Source: Hydrolagus colliei
Taxonomy: Eukaryota
Length of the DNA stretch: 64,000 nucleotides
Reading direction: 5' to 3'
NCBI GenBank assembly: GCA_035084275.1
Contig: CM068743.1
Coordinates: 18,538,001 to 18,602,000, forward strand
Both the position numbers and the translations under genes were made by a program. The notes below the pieces were generated by a model that saw nothing but the letters and a program-made list of their open reading frames with translations, ran no database searches and was not told the DNA's origin. This document shows positions 12,590 through 24,660 of this stretch, one piece after another (position 1 is the first letter of the stretch; the number at the start of each line of letters is the position of its first letter).

Positions 12590-13320
12590 AAAGTGGGAGA
12601 GCGATGATGAATAAAAGCAGTTTGACTTTAGAGATGTAGAAACCAAAAGGTCGGCCACTTGTGGTGATGAGCAGAGGATGGGATGAGTACCAAGCCTGAA
12701 TTAGTTGAGTGGAGTTGGGTAGAAGCTTGGAGAGATAAGGAGGTGCCAAGAAGTGTGGATGTATCTATTGGAAAGGGTAACAAGCTTGATCCTCTGGGTA
12801 GCCGGGAGTGGAAATTGGACGATCGCAGTGTGAAGTTTGGTGCAGGTGGCTGAGTTTCGAATGAGTTGCAGCTTGTAAATGGTGAAGCTAGGGAGACCAG
12901 TATTTTTGTTAACAATTAAAATATATGTTAGACACATATTATGCACTGGAAAAGACCAAGCCACAACAACTTGCATTTATTTAACGCCCTTCTCACCAGA
13001 TAGGGTCCCGCTACACTTAACATTGGCGGAGTCTAACCCCGAGGCAGGGGGAGAGTAAAGGGGGAATGAGCAGGATATGACGAAGGTGTGAATGAGTGTT
13101 TCAGCAGCATTGGGTGTGAGATGCGGGGAGAGGGCGTGGAGGTGAAAGAAGGTTTGGTGAGGAGACTGGATTTCGAGGGAGAAAGGAAAGATGAGGATTG
13201 ATCTGAATGCCAAGATTGTTTATCCGTTCAGTTTGAAAGAGACCAGGGGCAGGTTGAGGATGTCGGAGCCGGACAAGTAAAGGTGTTGGGGTGATTTGAG
13301 GAGGAAGGCTTCTATCTTAT
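12590..13320 (-). mobile_element. old L2 fragments
   Basis: Minus-strand LTPNAAETLIHTFVIS and IYKLQLIRNSA. Confidence 0.7.
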
Positions 13321-14769
13321 ACATATTCCAAGTTTTGCCCACTCCTATACAGTCACTTCACTTTGCAGTACATTCTGTGAAGTTCTTTGAAATGTCTAGA
13401 AAATGTGATAAGCGCTATATCAAATGCAAGGATTATAATTATTATATTCTGTTGGGAGGGAATATAAATTCAAATTTGAGTAATTCAAATTTAAGATTTT
13501 AAAATCTGCGAATGTAACTGTATAGTTACAGCTGATGGAGAGAGACGCGTATAAAGTTAGCATTTTGCTTCTCACTCAAGCTTTCCATGACAAAATCTAT
13601 CAGCAAGCTTCATGTTTTTGAAGAATCCAGGAACGGTGCAAGTCAATCAGCACACACTCTCCCAACACATTCTTTATGAGTCTGCGGTTAGCTATACTCT
13701 GGTTTGCGTGCACACCCTATTTATATGTATGAACTTGTAAAGGTCCTGCTCTCTTCATTCTTATGAAGGTTTGTTTTGTTAGAAATTTAACAATAATGAG
13801 AGCAATATATATTTTGCGTGTGATTCTTATATACGGTATGTTGGCAGTGTAGAGTAGCTCTCAGAAGTGTTATAATGCTTGTTGGTTTAAACAAATTCTC
13901 TTAACAGCTCATAAATCATCAACTATTTCATTTTAAACAGTGGTAAACAAAGGCCTTTATTATGTCCAGTTGGTATAGATCCATCTTTTTATAAAAATAC
14001 AATGCTTTTCTACCATAGTGTATGCCATATGGAATGTCCCATAACTGTACAACCAAAGACCTTAGCACCAATACGGTGCTGGGGAGAGCACTGCATTACT
14101 GGAAATGCTGTCGTTACGTCGAGGACCTTGTTCAGGTGGACTTGTGCAGGTGGACATTCAAAATCTCAAGGATCTCTTCAAAAATAGAAGGGAGCTTCTC
14201 TCAATAATCCCCCAGATAAAATTGGCCGTTCCCTGAATGAATCTTTGCGGGACAGAAAGAAGCGAGGTCTAATTTGCGCTATTGCTTAGCAAGATTTTAC
14301 TGAAGGAATCTAGTTCGAAACTCTAAAAGATTTCCTTTGAAATAGCAGAGATGAGAGTCCGAGGTCTCTTGCTCGAGTGCTGACTGTCCTCTTGCAGAGC
14401 CTGTATTTTAACAGAATTCGCACTAGTAAGGTCTGTTACGATGGGGGTTTTCCAGTCCCAGGCTGCATTTTACAAATATTTGTTGATGAATTAAAAGATG
14501 GCACTAGAATTTGGAAGATGAAGTGTTTTCATTTAATTTTGGGATTATCACTGGTTATATTACTGCTGGTGATAATTACCACATGGAACAACAAGAACAA
14601 CAGAATTACATGGCACCACAAATGTGGTTAAATCCATCTATTAAGAACCTTAGGCTCACTAGAAGTTGGTTCGGTTCTACTGGTTGGGAGGGGAATAATG
14701 AGCTAACATTGCCATTTCTGACCAGTGTGGCCTTTGCTGGAAGGTGTGTGTTTGTTGTGTGAATGTATA

Positions 14770-15415
14770 AAATGTATTGAGAACTGTTGTATATTGCCCA
14801 TCTCTGCCAATATCTCACCCCTAAAGCTGCCGAAACCCTGGCCTATGCATTTGTCACCTCTCAGCTGGAGTACTCTAATGCCCTCCTCGCCGATGTCCTT
14901 TCCGCTACCAGTCATAAAATTCGGCTCATTCAGAACTCTGCCGCCCATATTCTCACCCAAATCAAACTTCCCTGATCAACCCAGTCCTTGCCAATCTTCA
15001 TTGGCTTCCAGTCACAGAGCACATCAACTTCCAAGATCCTCACTCTCGTGTTTAAATCCCTCCACTCGTTTGCACCCCATTACCTCTCTAACCTCCTCTC
15101 TCCACACATCAATACCTGCTGCCTCCGTTCTACTAGGTCTGCCCTCCTCCTTGCCCCCGAATCTTCTGCTCTACCATCGGCGGTCGTGCCTGCAGCCACT
15201 ACGTCCCGAAGCTGGAACTCCCTCCCTCAATCCCTTTACCTCACCCCCTCCTTTTCCATTTTCAGGACATGCTTGAAGACCTTTCTGTTCGACCATGCCT
15301 ACAGTCACCTTCCCCCTCCCCTTCCCCCTGGCTAGGCCTCGGGCTCTGCTATTGTAAAGTGCTCTGAGACACCATCCAGCATGGAGGGAGCTATATAAAT
15401 CAAGTTGTTGTTGAA
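14770..15415 (+). mobile_element. L2 LINE 3' fragment
   Basis: AETLAYAFVTSQLEYSNALL...IQNSAAHIL, WNSLP, LKTFLF, and tail ending GTTGTTGTTG. Confidence 0.9.
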
Positions 15416-16510
15416 GGAGGGATAGATTTTGCTGAGATTCTATTTCCCCCTCCCCTACAGCCGAGGTACTGTCTGCCTGTTTAAGTGGACGTTATAAAAT
15501 CCCACAGCACTATTTGAAAAGAAAAGGCAGTTTCTCTGGGTGTCTTAACCAACAATCTGGTCACAAAATGGAGTGCATCAGTCACTGAGGCACAGAAGCC
15601 AATAAAATGTAGAATGTATTATCAGTGAAAATCAACCAAAAAATGGTCAAAAGCATTCTCTAGTTATCACTGGCTAGTTAGTGGTGGTGGGGGTTGGGTG
15701 GGGGATTCACTTTTGACTATACTATAAAATGTTGTAAACTTCCCCCTTCTGTTGCATTTGAAATCAGGAGATGATTTTGTGCAAGATGTGTATTTAATAT
15801 TTTTTCAGATGGAGTTGTGATAGCTGTATTATTTACTAATAATAATACTTATTACATTTTCAAGATGTCTTAAAGTGCTTCACAGAATATGTTGTAAAGT
15901 GAATAGACTGTATATTTTGGGGGTGGGGGGCAGGGGCAAAACATATCCCTAAATGTTCCAAGTGAATCAGAAAGGATGCATCTTAATTTCCCCTGCACTG
16001 CACCTAAAACATGATCCAACTTGGTTTAGTACAGATATATTGACGTTTAATTTGAACTTTAAAAAAACATAATCAAACACAAAGATTTCAGAACAGACTG
16101 TGGAAATGAAATACACTTCCTCAGAGAGCTGTAGAAGTTGAATCAATTGAAATGTTTCAATGTTAGAATAAAAAATAAAAATAATCCTTACATTTCATAC
16201 AGCTCTTTCTGATCAGAAGGTCGTCTCACAACCTTTCCCAGGATTTCCTGTATAGTGTGTTGATTCTATTTTATAGACAACATGGCAGCTAACTTGTACT
16301 ACTGATCGAACACAGACTTGCCTAGAATTGTGCAAATGTTTGGGAGGTGGGGGGAAGGGGTGTTTCTTCACTGCCCTGTGGACTATTTCCACCTGGAGGC
16401 CACAGACAGGTTGGCCACCACTGGATTAGTCTATATATTGACTGGCTTTAATGCGCTATGTATTAGATACACTTCAGTACATGATTACATATTTTTTTCC
16501 CCCCATTTAG

Positions 16511-16615
16511 AGCACGGATGATAGCTATGGAAAAGCAGATTGCCAGCTTGACTGGCCTGGTTCAGTCTGCATTGTTCAAGGGAGGCAACGCCAATGGCAC
16601 CAAAGAAATTACCAG
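16511..16615 (+). CDS. KIAA1217: KIAA1217 exon B (ARMIAMEKQIASLTGLVQSALFKG...)
   Basis: ttttccccccatttag acceptor and AG|gtaag donor. MEKQIASLTGLVQSAL is conserved in KIAA1217/SRCIN1. Phase 2 to 2. Not in the ORF track. Confidence 0.95.
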
Positions 16616-17206
16616 GTAAGATTTAAGATTTGCTTTTACATTGTTCCTTAAAATAATTCATAAAAAATTCTCCCTGACCTCTTTGAGATCATGACGATAT
16701 CTCTATTTAATTATAAACTGCTGCATGTGACTGAAATTACATTGATCTGTTGGGAAAAAATAGGGATGGAAAATGGGATTTATGTTGGGGGTACATTCTC
16801 CTGCCCTGAAAATGTCTCAATGTCTTAGTCAATAACTGATCCCGCTGACTTCATTCAAATGGTTTTGCTCGAATGCTGGTTGCACCACCTATTGAGCGTT
16901 CTCTGTCACGCACGGTCCAGTGGCTGTTTGTCAAGTAATGGTGTACCCAAACTTTTAAAGCTGAGTAGAGGCAGAATTGATTTGGATGTTTAAATTAGGA
17001 GATGGATAGAGACAAGGCAGCCTTGTTAGAGATCCATAATACTCCATCCCATGCTATCGCGAGACGCAATAGTGGCTTTGGCTGCACATTTGCAAACAAG
17101 CCAGTGCACTATTTCTGTCACCTTCTCACCCCATTGTTAATAATTGATATTTTCCCAACAAGATGAAGCAATGCGTTTAATTTTGTGCTTTTGTTTAAAC
17201 TTCCAG

Positions 17207-17253
17207 TGAAAAGATCAGGATCGGATCGATCCCCGGCAGTTCTGAAGCAGGAG
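17207..17253 (+). CDS. KIAA1217: KIAA1217 small exon C (SEKIRIGSIPGSSEAG)
   Basis: aaacttccag acceptor and GAG|gtact donor. 47 nt, phase 2 to 1, exactly bridging exons B and D. Confidence 0.8.
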
Positions 17254-17444
17254 GTACTTGTTTTATTTTTCCTTTCCACCTCTTTCCTTTCTCCCACTCC
17301 CTCCCTGAAGGCCTTTTCCTAACTAAGCAGCTATTGTTTACGTAAGAATAAATGGTGGGTATGGTCTTCTGCTGTTTCACCCAGAGGGAATGCTGAGGTC
17401 AAAAGGTTAGGTTTCACTGGAGCATTGGAGCGGTCTTGTGACTC

Positions 17445-17820
17445 TTGCATACTCACCCAGACCAAACTCTGTTACGCCATCTCACCAGTTCTGGCCGGGC
17501 TCCACCAACTCTCCATCACCGAACGAATCAACTTCAAGATCCTCACACTCGTGTTCAAATCCATTCACCTCCCTATCTCTCCCTAGCTCCTCACTCCCAC
17601 AATCCACCACCCGGTGCCTCTGTTCAACTTGCGCTTGTCTCCTCCTTGTCCCTCGCAGCCTCCGCTCAACAATTGGAGGTCGGGCTTTCAGCCATTACAC
17701 CCCGAAGCTATGGAACACTCGCCCTCTTCCCTCTGCCTTGCCCTCTCTCTGCCCCTTTTCAAGTCCCACCTGAAAACTTTACTACAACCATGCTGATGGC
17801 CACTTCCTCCTACCCCCACA
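17445..17820 (+). mobile_element. L2 LINE 3' fragment
   Basis: STIGGRAFSHYTPKLWN, similar to the other L2 copies. Confidence 0.8.
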
Positions 17821-18514
17821 ATGCAATTGAAAATGTTAATGTAATATGGATTATGGATCTGTCCACATTCTGCAGCCTGTCAAGCATTAACATCAGCCAT
17901 GTTTCTTTGTGCGAATATCTACATGCATGCAGTAGCATGTTTGCTTACAAAATACACACTCACTGCAATTTACAGTGAAACATTTTGAGAAGTCCTCCTG
18001 ATGTGAAAGGTGCTCTACCAAATGCTAGCATTATTATTAATAATATAATAATGCAAAATCCACTGCCCTTCAATGCACTCCCCTGCACCCTCTAATTAAG
18101 CTGTATTAAAGCAGTCATCTACAAATCCAAATTTGTTCACAAAATACGCAGTAAAATCCAATTTATGGTATATTCTGTGAAGTGCTTGGAGAAGTCTCGA
18201 TGATGTGATAATGTACTCTGTCAAATGCAGGGATTAGTATTAAAACAGCATAATTTTTTTTACGATGTCTGGCAAATCCCCCCAAATTCAGAACAGCTGC
18301 TTGCAGTTCATGCTGGCAACATTCAGTTATCTAGCACTGTAGTTGCTGCTTGGCATAGTTTGGCTTCAGTGCTGTGTCTACAGCATGCAGGGCGGGGCTT
18401 CCCCAGCCATTTCTAGGGTAGGTTCTAAAAACTGTACCGGCAAACACCGAAATCCGGGAGGTGAGTGGGCCCAAACCATGCCGGATTATCGAGATTTTAC
18501 TGTATTGTTAAGGT

Positions 18515-18650
18515 GCCATTCCTGCCCTTGTTTGAACCAGATCTCTGTTATTGCCACTGCACCGTAATCCCATGTGGCAATCTGCGCCTGCTGCTCAACG
18601 ATTTTATTTGTCACACTCCGTGCATTTAGATGCATGCACTTCAAAACTGC
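18515..18650 (-). mobile_element. CR1 ORF2 N-terminal (AP endonuclease) fragment
   Basis: LKCMHLNARSVTNK...YGAVAITEIW matches the APE start motifs (NxRS, xxITETW). Confidence 0.78.
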
Positions 18651-19350
18651 TTGTTTCTGCTTTGCATTTCCCCCCTGACTGAACACAGGTCTCATGCGAG
18701 TGCTCTAACCACTGAGTTACAGGAGCTCTACTTGTGAGTGCTTCCCTCTCCTCCTGAACTCTCTGTGGCTGCGAGGTGACCACCACCTGAAACGTATGAT
18801 CCATATTCTCTATTCCAGAGAATATTAGGTACAGATTAGCAAGATTTAGCAAGATTAGCACCCTGTTTATTTCCCCCACTACCAACCCGCCCTCATTAGG
18901 TGGATAGCAAATATCAGGAATTTTCTGCAAGCTTTCCTTTCAGCAACTTGGGATGTCCTCTCAATGTGAAAGGCGTTATATAAGTATAATTGTGTTGTTG
19001 TTGTTGTGGGTGGGCTACAGAGACCAAACTCTGTGCACACCTCAACACCTGTTGCCCCAAGCCTCAGTGTTTCCTGATCAGTTCTCTGATGGACCAGTAT
19101 CTTCAGCATGGTAGGGGAACTTTACAATCCAGCTTGTGCCAGCCACTTTAATGTTCTTAAGGTTGAACAGTAAGGGACAGTAATTCAGTTTTTCCTTCTT
19201 TACACCAGTGGAACAACTTGATGTGCTCAGGTACTGATTTTTCTTTGACCTTTGAAGAGGCCTATCCCACTTTGTTAACAATTTGGCATTTCCATTTCCC
19301 GGATCATGTTTCCCTACAACTTTCTGAATAGGATTGAAAACTGGAATATA

Positions 19351-19565
19351 CAATAAAAGCCTGTTTATCTGGCACCCGATCAACCGGAACTTCTGTAAAA
19401 CCGGCATCGCAAAAAAAATTAGCATTCGATTAACCAGAATTTATCTGGAAAAATGTACTAAAAAATATTTTAATTTATTTTTTGCGTTTTCAGCCGAATA
19501 TCCAGCACACGCTTTAAACGGCATTGGCCAGGTCCCGAGGGTGCCGGATAAACAGGCTTTTACTG
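19351..19565. mobile_element. Tigger/pogo-like MITE family X, short copy
   Basis: TA|CAATAAAAGCCTGTTTATCTGGCACC ... GGTGCCGGATAAACAGGCTTTTACTG|TA. Confidence 0.9.
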
Positions 19566-20655
19566 TACTACACTATGCTGTAGCTGCACCTGTGCTCTGG
19601 GAGTTAACAGAGTTAACTCGGGCTCAATTCCTTTCAATTGGGAGCCTTATTAGTCATTGTTGAAAGTAGGCTTATTCCGTTCATCCTACCTGGATTGAAG
19701 TGTATGTTCTGCCGGGTGGTGACATGGAATATTATGTAAAAACAAGATTTGACATTTTGCAATCTTATTTGAAGCAGAATGTTGAATTAAAAACACCAAA
19801 AATGAAAAAGATTCTTAGATAATGTGTTTGTCCCCAAATCAGATGTGGAGAAATCGTACATATCGTAGACAGTTGCGTGAATTGTTTCCCACTCTTTAGA
19901 AGACAGGAAATTAATATTGGTGTCACATGTGGCATATTTAATGCCATTTGTTAAATGAGTGTTTCTGCTAACCACTAATTTGAAACTGATGCCATCCTGA
20001 TTTCCTTTTGCACTGTTATAAGAATCCTTCCATGGGATATAGCATCATACCACATCATTAAAATATTGCGTTTAAACCCACAACCTTGTGAATCCAGAGG
20101 CAAGAATTCTACCAACTGAGCCAAGTTGACACTGAATACATATTTTCAAGTACAATATTCACTACTCTTTTATTGGCCTGATTTGAAATCACTGATGCAG
20201 TGCCCATATATCTAGAACAATGCAAATTATCCCTTCACTGGAATCACTCAGCATTTCCGATCCAACCTGAGATATTAGGATTGATCACTTGGCAATTGTT
20301 CATATGAAGTAATCTTTTTGTTGAGTGTTCAGATGGGAAACCGTACTGTGTAAATGTAACATAAAGATAGATAGTATTAGAGACTGGCCCATCAATGACT
20401 CCATGTACATGGATTCTCAGTGGTTGGTCAACTGGCAATGCACTATAAACAATACTGAAGTCTGGACTCATAGCACTGGGATCTGAAGGCAGAGCTATAG
20501 ATTGGTCACACAGTATAATTGCTGAGCTCCATCCCGGTCTTCACCAAAAAGAAGCACATTTGATTTTCTTTTATTAAAACCATAATTTAATTTTCGTACA
20601 AACTGTCAATCTGTTTTCTTTCGTCTTCATTCAATGTAAAAATCTTTCTCCATAG

Positions 20656-20819
20656 GGTCAACGAATGCCACAGCAGCAAAGGACTCTGAGATCAATTTAG
20701 AAACATTGAGTGACGTCATTCAGATTTCTGCCTCATGTACACATCAGCTACAAGTATTTGAGTTACGAAGAAATGTCCTAGACCTCCGCCAGCAGCTTCA
20801 GCAGTTAAGATATCTACAG
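20656..20819 (+). CDS. KIAA1217: KIAA1217 exon D (...FELRRNVLDLRQQLQQLRYLQ), start of coiled coil
   Basis: tttctccatag acceptor and CAG|gtatt donor. Phase 1 to 0, heptad-like sequence. Confidence 0.9.
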
Positions 20820-20951
20820 GTATTGTTCATCTTTCGACAAGTTTAATAACCACATAGCACATGTGAATGCTGCATTGTCAGAGGTGCAAGCTTTGAATGA
20901 GACTTTAAACCAAGATATGGTCTCTCTATAATAGAATCAGTAGTCTCTGAT

Positions 20952-21180
20952 AATACGCAGCAGCTCAGGAAGCATTTATGGAGAGAGGAACATGAGTTAA
21001 AGTTTCGGGTCAATGACCTTTTGTCAGAACGCTGCCGTTGAGTTCTGACGAAACGTTATCGACCTTTAACATTAACTCATTTTCCTCCATTTCTCCATGG
21101 ATGCTGCCTGACTTGCTGTGTGTTCCCAGCAACTTCTGTTTTTATTTTGGATTTCCAGCAACTGCAGTATTTTGACTTTT
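20952..21180. mobile_element. Penelope-like-element-derived inverted repeat with relic hammerhead cores
   Basis: ~80-nt imperfect inverted arms (20952-21030 / 21042-~21128), each with a CTGAcNA - stem - (G/T)(A/T)AAC motif. Confidence 0.65.
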
Positions 21181-22614
21181 CTATCTTGTCTCCCTATTCA
21201 TGGACATTGAATAGGGAGACATTGAAACTATGAAAATAGGTGGTCATTGAAATACCATTGCTATTTGTAAAGGCCTGGAGTTTTTCCTGGTATCCTGACC
21301 AACAATCTGTTAGATAACATTAATCATTCACTTCATGGTTGTTTGTGTGCAAATTGGCTGCCGCCTACAAAATGCACAGTCACTACACTTAACGGTCTAT
21401 CTCATGATGCTCTTTGAGATGCCTCCCTATCATGAAAGGCACTATATCTCAAATGCAAGGCTTATTATTGTCATAAATGGATATAAATCTCATGTTTTGA
21501 GGCTATGAAAAACATCAATAAGAGAGCTGGTGAGTTCAGCATCCAGTAGCTCTGCTTCTTTAAGTTTAGATGCTCAATGGAGCTTCTCATATTGAATGCA
21601 CTTCAATGACACAAAGTGGTGTCAAGCTGTGGGCATTGATCATTTACAGCTCTTACAATGTACTGCCTCTCTGTGCTGCATGTTAGCTACATCAAGCAGT
21701 GCTTTATTTCAGCTTGTCAGAGTCTTGCATCATGTATTCCAGTCTCACTGGGTGCTTTATTTTTCAAAAATTGTCATTAAGTTACTTATGGTGAAACCCC
21801 ACTTACATTGCCCCCCAGGAGGCAGTTAAAGTGAATAGTGGTTGCTGCTGAATCCGATAGTGAGCAACGCGCTGAACAGCATGATATAGATTCATTTTGG
21901 CAGTCGGATCCGCTCGGTAACTTGGAACAATCTGAGCATAGGCCAGCCTCTCTCCAAGGTCACAGTGTTCCACGCAATGCATGGCACAACATGCGCGGGG
22001 AGTAGAAGGTCAGAGTTCTGACTAATAATGCAAACCTCTGAAGGGGGTGAGGCCACGAATAAACTAGCTGCCTGTGGCTATACTTTCAGTGCTTCCTTCT
22101 TTCCGAGTTTCTTTCAGAGTTTGTTGTTTGGTTAGCCGGGTGTCTTGACACACACAGAAATCTATCAACGTGGTTAAGAGTATCGCCAAGACCGAGAATT
22201 GTATGTATATCACCTAAACATGGAACATGGCTTGCCTGGAATGGAAATATGCACTCTCTTTCTCTCTCTCTTTCTTTGGAGAGTTGCACCCTGATCACCT
22301 AATTCTGGAGAGTATTAACCATAGGATGATGGCAAGAGCCAAGGCTCCACAATCCCAAAGTGCATTAGGGTACAATTGGAGTTTAATGAGCTAAAACCAC
22401 AAAGCTTGCCATTGAAAGCACTGTTATCATCAGCAGTGCCCTGGAGTACTGCAGCCCCGCCTGTCCCAGGAACGGGATTACCAAGACCTCCGCAGAGGAT
22501 TGGCTTATTGCAGATATTCTGTTGCTAAGCATGTCATCTTGGAGCCAGTTAAGGTCAAAGAAGATCCCACAAGGAGTACAGTCCTAGAGTAGAGTTTAAA
22601 ATGAATGCCTGTGT

Positions 22615-22920
22615 ACAACAACTACAAATTACATATGTATAGCGTCCTTCATGTCCGATAGACATCCCAGGGCATGGACAATCAGGGGTTTTGGACCCGA
22701 GCTGGAAGTTAGGGTCAGGAGAGGTGGAGGGGAAGTGGGGGTGGCAGTAGGAGGCTGGCAGAAGGCATGGTCGAAGAAGAAGTCTTTAGACTGGGCTTGA
22801 TGGAGGCAGGAGAGGGGGTGAAGTGGAGGGATTGCTAGTAGGGTTCCCAAATTTGGGGGCAGAGATACAGAATGCTGGACCACCAATGGTGGGGCAGGAA
22901 GTGCGGGGAAAGTGCGAAGG
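22615..22920 (-). mobile_element. L2 3' end
   Basis: Same tail and 3' UTR as 4462-4700. Confidence 0.78.
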
Positions 22921-23667
22921 ACAGATGTGTGCTAGAACTTTGTGGTTTTAATTTACATGCTGGTTGTAGAACTTCCAAGAACAATATCATATAACAATAC
23001 CAAGTTTAATGACCTAAAATGACCAATTAAATTACATTGAAATAAAATGGTAGTAGGCTGTAAAACAGAGATTGAACAATATGGGCATCAATAATATTTA
23101 ACAAGTATTATTGCTTATCGACTTTGATTGCAATCTCACTCTTTAGGTTCTGTTTATGGTGCCTGAATAAGATCTTTAATTGCTTATCATCCAGTTTTCA
23201 ATGCTGGCGCTTTTGAATGAGCAAACTAATTGAGCTCCCTTTGTTTATCTGAACCATCTGATTCCATGCCCCTAACCTTTGGAACTCCCTTCATCTATCT
23301 TTCTAGCTTGCCCTCTCTATCTGTCTTAAAAGCCAAACTCATCTTAAAAGGTACTCTTCAACTGCATAGTCTCATCCCCTTCACGCTTGTTCGGTGTCTA
23401 ACCCTGTCTTTGTAAAATTATCTTGAGACACGCTGACTTATCCTACAAGAACGCTCTATATAAATGCAAGCTGAATTAAATAAGGTTTAAGATTGTGCAG
23501 AATTCTGGAAAAATATCTTGAACTTAGTTCTATTGGGGAGGCTACTTTTTAAAAGATAATTACTGTAAACCTGTGCTTCTGAATTTACAAAATCAGGTGT
23601 AGTTTAGTTCAGATGAAGACCTTCAGCCCATCTGATTTCACCTCTCCAGAATACTCTTCCTACCCTG

Positions 23668-23960
23668 TGGAGTCCTGAAGCTCAGTGGTTAGAGACTTTG
23701 TAAGCGAGAGACCTGGGTTTGATTCCAAGCAGGGGAAACCTTGGGCAAATTTCCTTACTCCACACACCTGATCATAATCCCTCAAAGGAAACACTAATAA
23801 ATTGGTCATTTCAATCCACGACTGTTTATGAGATACTGCTGTGTGCAATTGGTCACCAAATATACAGTAAATTCACTTTACAATATAATCTGTGTCGCAC
23901 TTTAAGACATTTAGAAAATGTGCAAAGCGCTATATCAAATGCTGGGATTAGTATTATTAT
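23668..23960 (+). mobile_element. tRNA-derived SINE (short variant), full length
   Basis: Same sequence as 8794, TSD TACCCTG. Confidence 0.92.
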
Positions 23961-24039
23961 TACCCTGCCCCTCCGTCACAGCATCAAGCTGCTTTCTAAA
24001 TGACTACAGTGTCCTTGCCTTAACCACCCTTCCTGGTAA

Positions 24040-24660
24040 CTTGTTATAGTTGCTAGCTAACCTGCCAGTTGTTAATTAACCTGAGTGAAGAAAATCCTCC
24101 TGGTATATATCATGAGATTGCCCGAAGCAACTCTACATCTATGACCTCTTGTTCTGCTGCCCTGAAGTATTTTTCAAACCCCTTTAAAATTATAAACATC
24201 TCTGAGTCATATTCTTCTCAGATTGAAGAGCCCTAACTTGTTTAATTATTGCTCTCATGGCTCATTCCTCTAACATGAGGGATCAAACTTGTCGCACTAA
24301 CACTATGTCACAGAGACCAGAACTGTATGCAACTGTATTCTAGGTGTGGTCTGACCTGAGCACTGTGCAACCGGAACAGGATTTAAACTCAAATGATTTT
24401 GCATTATAGTCCCAACATTCTGGTCACCTTATTTACTGCACCTTGGGACGTCCTCTCGATGTGAAAGGCGCTCTATAAATGCAATCTTATTGTTTTTATT
24501 GTTGTTGCCTTTCACTGTTCAGACATTGCGAGTGGTAAATCATCTTGGATCTCTTTCAGCTTCTCTCTTGACAAGTTCAAGTCCATCCATGGAGTACATA
24601 TGTTTCCTATTCTTGTATCCTACATGGAATAGCTTGCATTTATTTGTATTAAACCAAATT
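24040..24660 (-). mobile_element. old CR1 fragment interrupted by an L2/SINE tail
   Basis: GACCAGAACTG..TATTCTAGGTGTGGTCT (HLEYxxQFWS on the minus strand). Confidence 0.65.
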
